From: a phage
Strand: one strand, 5' to 3'
Length of the DNA: 64,000 nt
Sequence record: PZ229304.1
In this document: positions 9,988 to 17,933 of the stretch, piece by piece
Numbering within the stretch: the stretch's first letter is position 1
How the letters are laid out: each line of letters starts with the position of its first letter
Translations under genes and position numbers: made by a program
The notes under the pieces: generated by a model
The model's input: only the letters and a program-made list of their open reading frames with translations
Database searches by the model: none
Told to the model about the DNA's origin: nothing

Positions 9988-10040
9988 CTCGCTTCGCTCG
10001 TCACCTTTCAGGTTTAGGGTAGCATGTTTTTCTGAAAAAG
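9988..10040. repeat. intergenic repeat element, copy 1 (CTCGCT-TCGCTCG ... TTAGGGTAGCATGTTTTT.GAAAAGT)
   Basis: Near-identical core to 36897-36950. Confidence 0.5.
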
Positions 10041-10073
10041 TCAATACTCTCCACAAAACTTTACAAAATACTT

Positions 10074-10346
10074 TTACATAGGTACAACAGAGTCTGTTTT
10101 GAAGTCGTACATATGATTTACACCTGTGATTTTTGACATAGAGATTGCACGTTTAGCACCTGCAATTACCTGGTCTGTCTTCTTAATCTCTTCACGGAAC
10201 TTACGTACAGTTAAAGAGAAGAAACGATGATCCATCCATTGACGATTCACACGATCACGCTTGAAGTGACGGAAATCCTCAATCTGTTTATTGCGCAATC
10301 GGCGCAGTACATGCAATAGTTGATAGTAAGGGTGTTTATTTTTCAT
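10074..10346 (-). CDS. hypothetical protein
   Basis: 90-aa track ORF, basic. Confidence 0.4.
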   Translation of the reverse strand: MKNKHPYYQLLHVLRRLRNKQIEDFRHFKRDRVNRQWMDHRFFSLTVRKFREEIKKTDQVIAGAKRAISMSKITGVNHMYDFKTDSVVPM

Positions 10347-10349
10347 AAA

Positions 10350-10778
10350 TTATTCTCCAAATCGAAAATCGTCAATATCATCAAACCATACACAATGGCG
10401 AGTCCTTTCTTTTTCTGTTGCAGACATTGTTTCAACAGCTTTAGGACTAAGCACAACAGGAATGTAACGAACAGGTCGTTCATAATAGTAGCCATACTTT
10501 TCTGTATTAGCTGCCTCAAAGACTTTACGGCGTTCTTCAAGATCTTCTATGGTGAATCCTACCATATAACCATCATGTTTGCTACCCCATCCTTCCTCAC
10601 TTTCAACAATCGGGATATAAAAGCCGTTACGCGTCCCTGACGCTGGTTCTTCTTGAGCCTGAAGGCAAGCCTCCCATCCTGCTTTAAAGACGTTATAGAG
10701 CGATTTACGCACGTTATGAGTGCCACTTTCGCTTGCTGGATAGAGTTCATTAAATTTGTCTTGAATTTGTTGTGTCAT
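10350..10778 (-). CDS. hypothetical protein
   Basis: 142-aa track ORF. Confidence 0.45.
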   Translation of the reverse strand: MTQQIQDKFNELYPASESGTHNVRKSLYNVFKAGWEACLQAQEEPASGTRNGFYIPIVESEEGWGSKHDGYMVGFTIEDLEERRKVFEAANTEKYGYYYERPVRYIPVVLSPKAVETMSATEKERTRHCVWFDDIDDFRFGE

Positions 10779-10921
10779 ACTCGCCCCTTAGTGATTATTT
10801 GACCAGCTAAACAAATAGCTTGTAGTACAATAAAGAAGTAGCCTAATTTTACACTACCTAATACCCAGAATGCAATGTTTGCAAACAAACAAAAAGCAAT
10901 ATTAAGTTTAAAGAATAACAT

Positions 10922-11122
10922 TTAATCCCCTTCATATTTAGGTAAAGGCATATATGCCACAATAGGAGGGTAATCAAAGTGAAAATGATGGTTCACCACA
11001 ATAATCTTACCAGACATACTTTTATGCACTTCACAATACCCTTTTCCACCATCTTCCATTACCACCACATACTCACCTAGTGGGATATCGTATGGATCTT
11101 CTACTTTTACCCATTCTGTCAT
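10922..11122 (-). CDS. small hypothetical protein
   Basis: Trimmed to ATG at 11122, which overlaps the stop of an upstream 50-aa ORF (ATGA coupling). Confidence 0.3.
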   Translation of the reverse strand: MTEWVKVEDPYDIPLGEYVVVMEDGGKGYCEVHKSMSGKIIVVNHHFHFDYPPIVAYMPLPKYEGD

Positions 11123-11286
11123 TTTGTAAACTCCTCGTAGTAAGGTAAAGCCTTGATCAGTTGTTCTGAAGTGCCATTTTGCACCCACGTAACACCATTG
11201 TCAACAGAAACATACCCTTTTTTGTCAATAAATTTACGCAGACAGCCAGTGAACTTATTTTTGTAGATAACCATGTTTACTCCTTG

Positions 11287-11640
11287 TTACATCCACAGAT
11301 TATGAAAATACTTAGCGAACAAAATGCGACCTTCTAAACGATCTTGCCGCTGTTTTTCATTAACTTCTTCTGGTGGAGTTGAGTCCTTAAAAGAAGACTC
11401 CATTTTTTCAAGAATTTCTAACCAGTGTTCTGCTGCTCGTTCTTCCATATAAGGTAGATAGTCACCTTTAGCGTGTGGGTACATCCGACGAAGTAACCCA
11501 CTAGGAATTTTAACATTGTTTGTGGCTATCACTTTTGCACGATACGCAGAAAGTGCGTTGTAGATCAGTTTACTTAGTGTCACATCCAGATCAAGAAGAT
11601 CACTCTCTTCAAATTGAATTTCATCGTGTACAATTTTCAT
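11287..11640 (-). CDS. hypothetical protein
   Basis: 117-aa track ORF. Confidence 0.45.
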   Translation of the reverse strand: MKIVHDEIQFEESDLLDLDVTLSKLIYNALSAYRAKVIATNNVKIPSGLLRRMYPHAKGDYLPYMEERAAEHWLEILEKMESSFKDSTPPEEVNEKQRQDRLEGRILFAKYFHNLWM

Positions 11641-11924
11641 CGTGCCTTCTCCCGATCTGCATCTAATTTCAACAAGAAAGCTGTATACTCTTCCGAACCT
11701 TGGTGTAAAAACATGTGATAAGAGCTTACCAGTTTCTTCGTTGTCGTATAACGTTCCATTTCCCCAACAACACCTCCACCTAGTGTGTAGAGCACAATAC
11801 CTTCAACTCCAACATAGGTTACTACTTCAACCAAATCTGTGTTATCCCAATAGTAGTTAGGTGACACAATAAGATCGCCCACTGCCAGTTTAATGTTTGC
11901 TACTTCATCTTGTGAATAGTACAT
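11637..11924 (-). CDS. hypothetical protein
   Basis: 95-aa track ORF, 4-nt overlap with downstream gene. Confidence 0.45.
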   Translation of the reverse strand: MYYSQDEVANIKLAVGDLIVSPNYYWDNTDLVEVVTYVGVEGIVLYTLGGGVVGEMERYTTTKKLVSSYHMFLHQGSEEYTAFLLKLDADREKAR

Positions 11925-11936
11925 TTTGTTCTCCTC

Positions 11937-12227
11937 TCACATTAAGACACGTTTTGTATTGATGGGGGCATTGTCGAACATGTTTATCACTTTGTCAAGT
12001 TTGTGTATTAACTCGTTCGTAATGTTCCACTCTTTGTATGATCTCCATTGCTTCTTATTCTCACCTACCTGGTGTAAAACTTTTATTGGTGCATTCAAAC
12101 GTACATTGCGTTCTTTGTCCTCTTCAAAAGAGGCTAACCATTTTTCGTTATGTCCATGAACAGCAATAATAATGCCAAAACCATCAAAAGTTTCTGTAAT
12201 ATTCTTAGTTGCTAGTGTGATGTTCAT
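11937..12227 (-). CDS. hypothetical protein
   Basis: 96-aa track ORF; first gene of the minus block, divergent from the plus island. Confidence 0.45.
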   Translation of the reverse strand: MNITLATKNITETFDGFGIIIAVHGHNEKWLASFEEDKERNVRLNAPIKVLHQVGENKKQWRSYKEWNITNELIHKLDKVINMFDNAPINTKRVLM

Positions 12228-12346
12228 ATCTAACCTCTTTTGTTACGATGCACACAGAGTACCAGAAATTAATTTCAGATCAAGTATTGACATACTGTTT
12301 TATTGTGCTAATCTTAATGCATACACAAATGAGAGGAGATAAACGA

Positions 12347-12898
12347 ATGCAAAACATCGATCTTACTTGGATAGAAGCCAAAGAAGCAATGTTAAAAGGT
12401 AAACGCGTTAAACATAAATACTTTTGCGAAGGAGAATGGTTTGAAATGCGTAACCGATCCCTTATAGATGAAAAAGGGAATGACATGCAACAATGGTTCA
12501 AAAATGAAATTTGGCAGGGAACAGGTTGGTCTGTAGTTGAAGAGCAGCCTAGCTCAAGCGCACTGTTTAGCCCTATTATGTATCGCGTTATCGGTGCTTT
12601 AGTTGTTGATCACGGGATTGCAGTGGAAAAAGAATGCTGGGAAGAGGTATCTTTTTTCAACCTGGCTTCTTATGCAAAAAGCCATATGCACTTGTTTGAA
12701 GAAGGGGATGAATTTGTTCTTCGTATGCGATATGGCAAAGAATTCAGATTACCACTTGATAACGATGTAGACACTGTTGTAAAATGGTTAGCAGAGCATT
12801 ACGCTTACGATGCAATTTGTGGTCGCAGCTTCGGCAACGAACGCTGGGACATGATTTGTGAAAAATATGATTTTGAGCCGGAGTACGGAGTTTTATAA
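12347..12898 (+). CDS. DUF2829/Tad2-like N-terminal domain fused to an uncharacterised C-terminal domain
   Basis: Trimmed to ATG 12347 (GAGAGGAG RBS). N-terminus MQNIDLTWIEAKEAMLKGKRVKHKYF..GEWFEM fits the DUF2829 pattern (L.W..A..A...GK.V) by recollection, not by alignment. Confidence 0.4.
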   Translation: MQNIDLTWIEAKEAMLKGKRVKHKYFCEGEWFEMRNRSLIDEKGNDMQQWFKNEIWQGTGWSVVEEQPSSSALFSPIMYRVIGALVVDHGIAVEKECWEEVSFFNLASYAKSHMHLFEEGDEFVLRMRYGKEFRLPLDNDVDTVVKWLAEHYAYDAICGRSFGNERWDMICEKYDFEPEYGVL

Positions 12899-13149
12899 TG
12901 TTAAGTATCAAACCTAAAATGATAACAGAAGACGAAGCAGACTTTATTTTCAAATGTGGACGTGTATGGAGAGAATTCACAAAAGGAAATGAAGTGGTTG
13001 TTGTTGTCGAACACAAGATATCTATCCAGGATCTGTTTGGACAATATGTTGATGTTATTAAATTAGGTATTGACAAGGGTTTAGTTGAGGTGTTAACATT
13101 AGATCAAGTTGAAGCAGAGCACCTCGATAAAGTGGTGGTTGAATTTTAA
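12898..13149 (+). CDS. hypothetical protein
   Basis: 83-aa track ORF, start overlaps upstream stop. Confidence 0.4.
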   Translation: MLSIKPKMITEDEADFIFKCGRVWREFTKGNEVVVVVEHKISIQDLFGQYVDVIKLGIDKGLVEVLTLDQVEAEHLDKVVVEF

Positions 13150-13169
13150 AATACAGACGGGAGAAAGGT

Positions 13170-13343
13170 ATGAGTTTCTTTGTTACAGTATTTATGGCTA
13201 TCTGGATTGTAGTCTCACTCGTTCTTTTCCTGGTGGGTTGTCTGGAAGAGATTAAGAAAGCGGTTATTTGCGGTTTCTTTGGCTTTATTATCTCTCCTGC
13301 CTGGATGTGGTTCTTCATTATGATTGGTTTCCTTAAAAGGTAA
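13170..13343 (+). CDS. small membrane protein (57 aa)
   Basis: Own translation MSFFVTVFMAIWIVVSLVLFLVGCL..; GGGAGAAAGG RBS; below track cut-off. Confidence 0.35.
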   Translation: MSFFVTVFMAIWIVVSLVLFLVGCLEEIKKAVICGFFGFIISPAWMWFFIMIGFLKR

Positions 13344-13357
13344 GTGAGGAATAAAGA

Positions 13358-13795
13358 ATGAGTAAAACAAACGCAATCGCAGATAAAGCAACGGATGTAC
13401 TTCTGAACATGGTTAACGTCACTATTCAAACAATGAGTGATGTTGTAGAGTTTGGAAAACAACAAATTCCAGAAGTAATCCATCAATTATTAGTGTGGAA
13501 AGCAGTATCCGCAGGTTTATGGCAACTTTTTAGTATTTGCTTTATGTTTATTACTTTTATTGCTGTGCGGAACCTCGTAAAAGCAATTAAAGATAAAGAA
13601 TGCCTGTGGTCACGAGATCGCTATGGTGAAGTATCTCCTTTACCTATTGTTGGCCTTGTTGTCTGTGCTTTCTTTTTCTTTTTAGGATTTGTTATTTTCT
13701 TTTCGAATTTTGATTGGCTAAAAATCATTATTGCACCAAAAGTGTATCTGATTGAATTTGCTGCTGATTTAATTCGTTCATCTCAACAAAAATAA
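13358..13795 (+). CDS. membrane protein (predicted TM helices)
   Basis: Hydrophobic segments AVSAGLWQLFSICFMFITFIAV and IVGLVVCAFFFFLGFVIFF. Confidence 0.5.
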   Translation: MSKTNAIADKATDVLLNMVNVTIQTMSDVVEFGKQQIPEVIHQLLVWKAVSAGLWQLFSICFMFITFIAVRNLVKAIKDKECLWSRDRYGEVSPLPIVGLVVCAFFFFLGFVIFFSNFDWLKIIIAPKVYLIEFAADLIRSSQQK

Positions 13796-13806
13796 AAGGG
13801 GTTAAA

Positions 13807-14934
13807 ATGAAATACACGATTTATGGTGATATTGTAAGTGTAAATAAAGATATGGGCGTGGAATCTAACTATCTTCCACCTGGATTCTATACTGTTAGTC
13901 GTGATCCCCTTGGCAATTACTTTTTAAGCCGTGGTAATCTAACAGGTGTACCGGATGTTCTGTATGGTGAAACAGAAAAACGAGCAAATCACGTTATTCG
14001 TACATTCCATCGCCGGAGTGCACAAGGTAAAAATACAGGCTTGCTTCTGACAGGAACTAAGGGCAGTGGTAAAACTATGTTAGCCAAACTCATTAGTCGT
14101 GACCTTGTAGAAGAAGGTATTCCAACTATTATGGTTACTCAAGCCTACAGTGATGCTAATTTCATTGAACTTATTAGTAAGATCACCGACAAAGCAGTGA
14201 TTATTTTTGACGAATTTGATAAAGTATATGAGAAGAAACAAGATCAAGAAGCACTTCTCACTTTGTTAGATGGTACTGGCAGTGGTAATAAACTGTTTAT
14301 TCTAACTAAAAACAGTGGCTTTATCTCTGAATTCTTTCTAAATCGTCCTAGTCGTGTGTTTTATAATTTTAATTATGATAAAATCTCACTAGAAACTATG
14401 ATTGACTATTTAGATAAAAACCTGGATAACAAAGCACACTTGGATAATTTCCAAAGGCTTTGGGATGTAAGTTTAGAGTTGTCCTTTGATGTGATCCAAG
14501 GTATAGTAGAAGAACTTAATTTCTACCCTGATTTATCCTTTAAAGAATGCATCTCTATGATGGGCGTTTCTTTGGGTGGTGGTAATAAGTGGGATATCAG
14601 CAGCGTTGTTATTAATGGGAAACTTCAGAAAGTTAGCTGGGTATCTAGTTGGCATAACTTCACACCTGCAATCTTTTTAGGTGGCTCGTGCACACTAGAC
14701 GTGTACTTGTCATCTCCAAGTGATGCAGACTCTAAAGAAGCCCTTGCTAATAGCTCTTACGTGGTTTTTGATGATGAAGGAGATGCTCGAATTCCATTGA
14801 ATGCGACAAAAATGAAAGCAGATCTTATTACAGGCGGTAAAATCGTTGTGTTTAGTGATGATCCAGAAGATTCTTTCCGTATTGTTCTGGAACCAACTAT
14901 CACCAATGGTGCAACTTTGGCAAGTGTGTTTTAA
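13807..14934 (+). CDS. AAA+-type ATPase with uncharacterised C-terminal domain
   Basis: Walker A GTKGSGKTMLAKL and Walker B VIIFDEFDK. Confidence 0.6.
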   Translation: MKYTIYGDIVSVNKDMGVESNYLPPGFYTVSRDPLGNYFLSRGNLTGVPDVLYGETEKRANHVIRTFHRRSAQGKNTGLLLTGTKGSGKTMLAKLISRDLVEEGIPTIMVTQAYSDANFIELISKITDKAVIIFDEFDKVYEKKQDQEALLTLLDGTGSGNKLFILTKNSGFISEFFLNRPSRVFYNFNYDKISLETMIDYLDKNLDNKAHLDNFQRLWDVSLELSFDVIQGIVEELNFYPDLSFKECISMMGVSLGGGNKWDISSVVINGKLQKVSWVSSWHNFTPAIFLGGSCTLDVYLSSPSDADSKEALANSSYVVFDDEGDARIPLNATKMKADLITGGKIVVFSDDPEDSFRIVLEPTITNGATLASVF

Positions 14935-14949
14935 GTAAGCCAGCAAATA

Positions 14950-14974
14950 AAAACCCGCTTCGGCGGGTTTTCTT
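14950..14974 (+). terminator. intrinsic terminator
   Basis: AACCCGCTTCGGCGGGTT hairpin followed by TTCTTG. Confidence 0.6.
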
Positions 14975-15008
14975 GCATTAATGCCAGATTTAATAAGAGG
15001 AGTAGTAG

Positions 15009-16202
15009 ATGGCAGCACCAAAATCATGGGAACAATATAAAGAAGAGTGTCAACCTATTGCGAATAATAAAGGGATTGAGATCCTAGGATATGTTGAACC
15101 GTTTATAGGTTGTGATACGAAAATGATTCTACGCTGTAGGCAGGAACATGAATGGAAGACTTGTAGTATTAGTAATTTCAAGCACGGTAACAGTTGTCCT
15201 ATCTGTTCTGGTAAGAAGCCGTTAACATGGGAAACAGAATTGCCGATCTTGGAAGAGATAGCACAGAAGAAGGGGTATCAGGTGTTAGGGTACGTTGGAG
15301 AATGGAAAGGGAATAAAACAAAACTTGATTTGTTGTGCCATTGTGGGAATAGATGGCAAAGTACAGCAATTCATCAATTTAAAGGCGGTCGAGGTTGTCC
15401 ACAATGTAGGGGGGAGAATACAAGGAAGGCACTAACAATGTCCGACGATCAACATATTGCAGATTTCTTTTCTACAGGGAAATTTAAGGAAGGCACTATC
15501 TTCACTAACACAGGAACACGGAGTAAAGGATGCAGGCATAGTATCTGGATGGTTGAATGTCCTGTTTGCTCTCATGATGAATATGTTCAAGCAGGTGTTT
15601 GTGATGGTAAATTTTACTCTGAAGGAAATAACCTTAAACGAGGGTGCATTCCGTGTCGTTGTGGAAACTATCGGTATACAGAAGACCAGATCACCTATAG
15701 GGTAAAAAAGGAAGTAGAAGGGCAAGGGTATGTCTGGGTAGGTTGGATCGGTAAACCGTCTAGAAGTCACGGTAAGTTTAAATATCTTTGTCTTGTGCAT
15801 GGGGAACAGACAGGGAGGGCTAATAACTTATTAAGCCTCGGTCAAGGTTGTCCACAGTGTGCTGGTCATAATCAACAGCAATTATATATTAATATTGTTA
15901 AAGATAATGATATTATAGTGGCTCTTAAGTTTGGTATAGCTAAAGATAGTGATAGGCGATTAAATAGTCAAAATAGTTGTAATATGTTTTTTATGGAGCG
16001 TATTTGTTTATATGATTTTAGCACAGTGAAACAATGTAAGGCTGCTGAAAGAGCTATAAAGAAAAAATTAAAAACTGGTATTTTAACGGAAAGAGAGTTG
16101 AAAGACGGTTATACAGAAACAGTAAGTGTTTCTGATTTGGAAAATCTTCAAGAAATTATTACACAACATGGTGGCAAATTAGTATATAATAAGGAGATGT
16201 AA
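15009..16202 (+). CDS. tandem zinc-ribbon repeat protein with C-terminal GIY-YIG-like (T5orf172-type) putative nuclease domain
   Basis: About four repeats of GY..G.....K......C..GH.W.....F..G..CP.C.G (CPICSGKK, CPQCRGEN, CPVCSHDE, CPQCAGHN); C-terminus YINIVKDNDIIVALKFGIAKD..RRL..N...ERI.LYDF resembles the T5orf172/GIY-YIG pattern by recollection. Confidence 0.5.
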   Translation: MAAPKSWEQYKEECQPIANNKGIEILGYVEPFIGCDTKMILRCRQEHEWKTCSISNFKHGNSCPICSGKKPLTWETELPILEEIAQKKGYQVLGYVGEWKGNKTKLDLLCHCGNRWQSTAIHQFKGGRGCPQCRGENTRKALTMSDDQHIADFFSTGKFKEGTIFTNTGTRSKGCRHSIWMVECPVCSHDEYVQAGVCDGKFYSEGNNLKRGCIPCRCGNYRYTEDQITYRVKKEVEGQGYVWVGWIGKPSRSHGKFKYLCLVHGEQTGRANNLLSLGQGCPQCAGHNQQQLYINIVKDNDIIVALKFGIAKDSDRRLNSQNSCNMFFMERICLYDFSTVKQCKAAERAIKKKLKTGILTERELKDGYTETVSVSDLENLQEIITQHGGKLVYNKEM

Positions 16203-16754
16203 ATGCGGATTACTGATAAATATGTGTTCTTCTTCTCGGCAAAAGATGAATTTAGCAACTGGTATCTATCATCTTTTATTGAACCTTTAGCTCCCAAGTA
16301 TAATAATTCTATTACAAGTTCTGTTGAATTTACTTGTGTGGAACAATATATGATGTGGAGAAAAGCATGTTTGTTTTATGATTACAACATTGCATCTTCT
16401 ATTTTAACCGGAGATCTAAGATATACAGGAGAAAAAGAACAGGCATATTATAAGCGACTAGGTAGATTAGTTAAAGATTACGATGAAGCTACTTGGACTT
16501 CTTTACGGGAGAAGATTGTCAAGCGTGGTTTGTATCTTAAATACACACAAAATGAAGATCTCAAAAATAAACTTATCGCTTACGCAGATAAGGAGTTCGT
16601 AGAGGCAAGCCCTTATGATTCTATTTATGGTATCAAAATGGGAATGTGGGATCGTGATGTGGAAAATAAGGACTGTTGGAAAGGACAAAATCTTTTAGGA
16701 AAATGGCATACAGACCTTGCTGTTTATCTAAAAGCACAATCTGATATTTCCTGA
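16203..16754 (+). CDS. NADAR (YbiA-like, DUF1768) domain protein
   Basis: FFFSAKDEFSNWYLSSF, FTCVEQYMMWRKACLF and SPYDSIYGIKMGMWDRD..KDCWKGQNLLGKWHTDLAV parallel the YbiA motifs FYS..D.YG.FSNF, TSEHYFQA.KF and D.YWG.G..G.G.N.LG. Confidence 0.7.
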   Translation: MRITDKYVFFFSAKDEFSNWYLSSFIEPLAPKYNNSITSSVEFTCVEQYMMWRKACLFYDYNIASSILTGDLRYTGEKEQAYYKRLGRLVKDYDEATWTSLREKIVKRGLYLKYTQNEDLKNKLIAYADKEFVEASPYDSIYGIKMGMWDRDVENKDCWKGQNLLGKWHTDLAVYLKAQSDIS

Positions 16755-16967
16755 TATTTTGAAAATTTTTATTTTTATAAAAAGGGGTGTGGGTTTCATG
16801 TACGGAAATCCACCCTCTGAATAATATATCCAGAGTAAATATTATTCTGTACTCTGTTAATAAAGTATTTAATTTGTTTGTTGGACTATGGTATCTGATC
16901 TTTAAAAGGCATACTATCTCTTAACTACTACTTATAACAGAACAGTAAAATCATTTTTATAAAAAGG

Positions 16968-17170
16968 ACAAAATTATTTAAAGTTTTTACAGATTTTTGG
17001 GTACAAATTTTGAAAATGAAAAGTTCAAGTTTGGTCAAAATTATTTAAAGTTTTTGTATGTATTTCTATCCAGATTTTGAAAATGAAAACTTCAATTTTT
17101 TAAAAATTCCCCAGTTTATTTAAAGTTTTTTTGCCTTTTTCCGTAGAAAAATCAAAAATGAAAAGTTCAA
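16968..17170. repeat. three tandem direct repeats of about 67-72 bp (TATTTAAAGTTTTT ... TTTTGAAAATGAAAAGTTCAA), iteron-like
   Basis: Read directly in non-coding DNA. Confidence 0.6.
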
Positions 17171-17196
17171 TTTCGTGTTTTTATAGGTGTGCGTAT

Positions 17197-17306
17197 GATA
17201 ATCATTCTCATTTGTAAATGAGAATCATTATCATTTAAGTATGTAAGTGATAATCATTCTCATTAAGAGAATGAGAATCATTAGCAAATGAGAATTTTTC
17301 TCATTT
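17197..17306. promoter_or_regulatory. cluster of Fur-box-like palindromes (GATAATCATTCTCATT x2, AATGAGAATCATTATC)
   Basis: AAATGAGAATCATTATC matches the Fur consensus GATAATGATAATCATTATC at about 16/19 by hand. Confidence 0.45.
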
Positions 17307-17567
17307 AGAGAATAACGCGCAGGGGCGGTGTTTGTCTCGCGCTCCCGTGTCCCCTCGCCATACAATAAGAATAGCATAACCAACAACAAAAGCAAGCGAT
17401 TATTTTTATCTTTACATTTCTTTACAAATTTATTTTAGACGAGCTACCGGCGATCAACCTTCCAACCAGTGCCCCCTGGTATGTTAGCCCCGCCTTTACG
17501 CCGTGGGGGTGGCGCTTCCTCTTCTGTATGTAAAACAGTATAAGCCCGATCCCTGGGCTTGTCAAGA

Positions 17568-17834
17568 TTATTTTTTGTTTTCTTGCCAGGATAGGACACC
17601 TAACCAAAAATACATGTCGCCCCGCGCCCCTGGTGGGATCTTGCTTTCCCCGCCGCCACTGCAAGCCCATAGATAACCATTAGCGAACGGATCAAAGTTT
17701 TCTATTTCTTCCACCTTATGATCGCCCAGGTTGAGAACGGTTTCGACCTTTAAGCCCGTTGCGCTTGCTACCTGGTGCACCGTGCCGCCTTGCCAGCCCA
17801 ATGAGTGCATAAGGTGTAAAGTAGTATTTGTCAT
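17568..17834 (-). CDS. hypothetical protein (uncertain)
   Basis: 88-aa ORF with ATG and weak RBS in a GC-rich stretch where overlapping spurious frames are common. Confidence 0.25.
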   Translation of the reverse strand: MTNTTLHLMHSLGWQGGTVHQVASATGLKVETVLNLGDHKVEEIENFDPFANGYLWACSGGGESKIPPGARGDMYFWLGVLSWQENKK

Positions 17835-17933
17835 GGTATCGCCCTTTCTTTGATGTGCGCCCTGGTTGGCGCGGTAGAAAGATAATAGCCGTTTCCTTTA
17901 TAGATAGCAAGCAAAAAAAGAAATGAAAAAAGA

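Noticed and set aside
12248-12346. Upstream in-frame extensions of track ORFs (e.g. 12248, 21638, 25991, 27128, 38885, and TTG/GTG starts at 6226, 7964, 42630, 61769, 63963)
   Set aside because: Extensions lack an RBS, run through promoter or hairpin elements, or encode implausible hydrophobic junk; an internal ATG with a Shine-Dalgarno motif was preferred.
16968-17170. Possible CRISPR array
   Set aside because: Only three units, repeats are long, AT-rich and imperfect, the intervening segments are not spacer-like, and no cas genes are present; interpreted as iteron-like repeats.
17422-17910. Overlapping minus-strand track ORFs (17422-17670, 17716-17910) and 18238-18444 in the GC-rich stretch
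   Set aside because: They overlap one another in different frames or overlap a well-supported plus-strand cassette gene and its promoter; elevated GC makes long spurious frames likely. Only 17568-17834 and 17934-18266 were kept, at low confidence.
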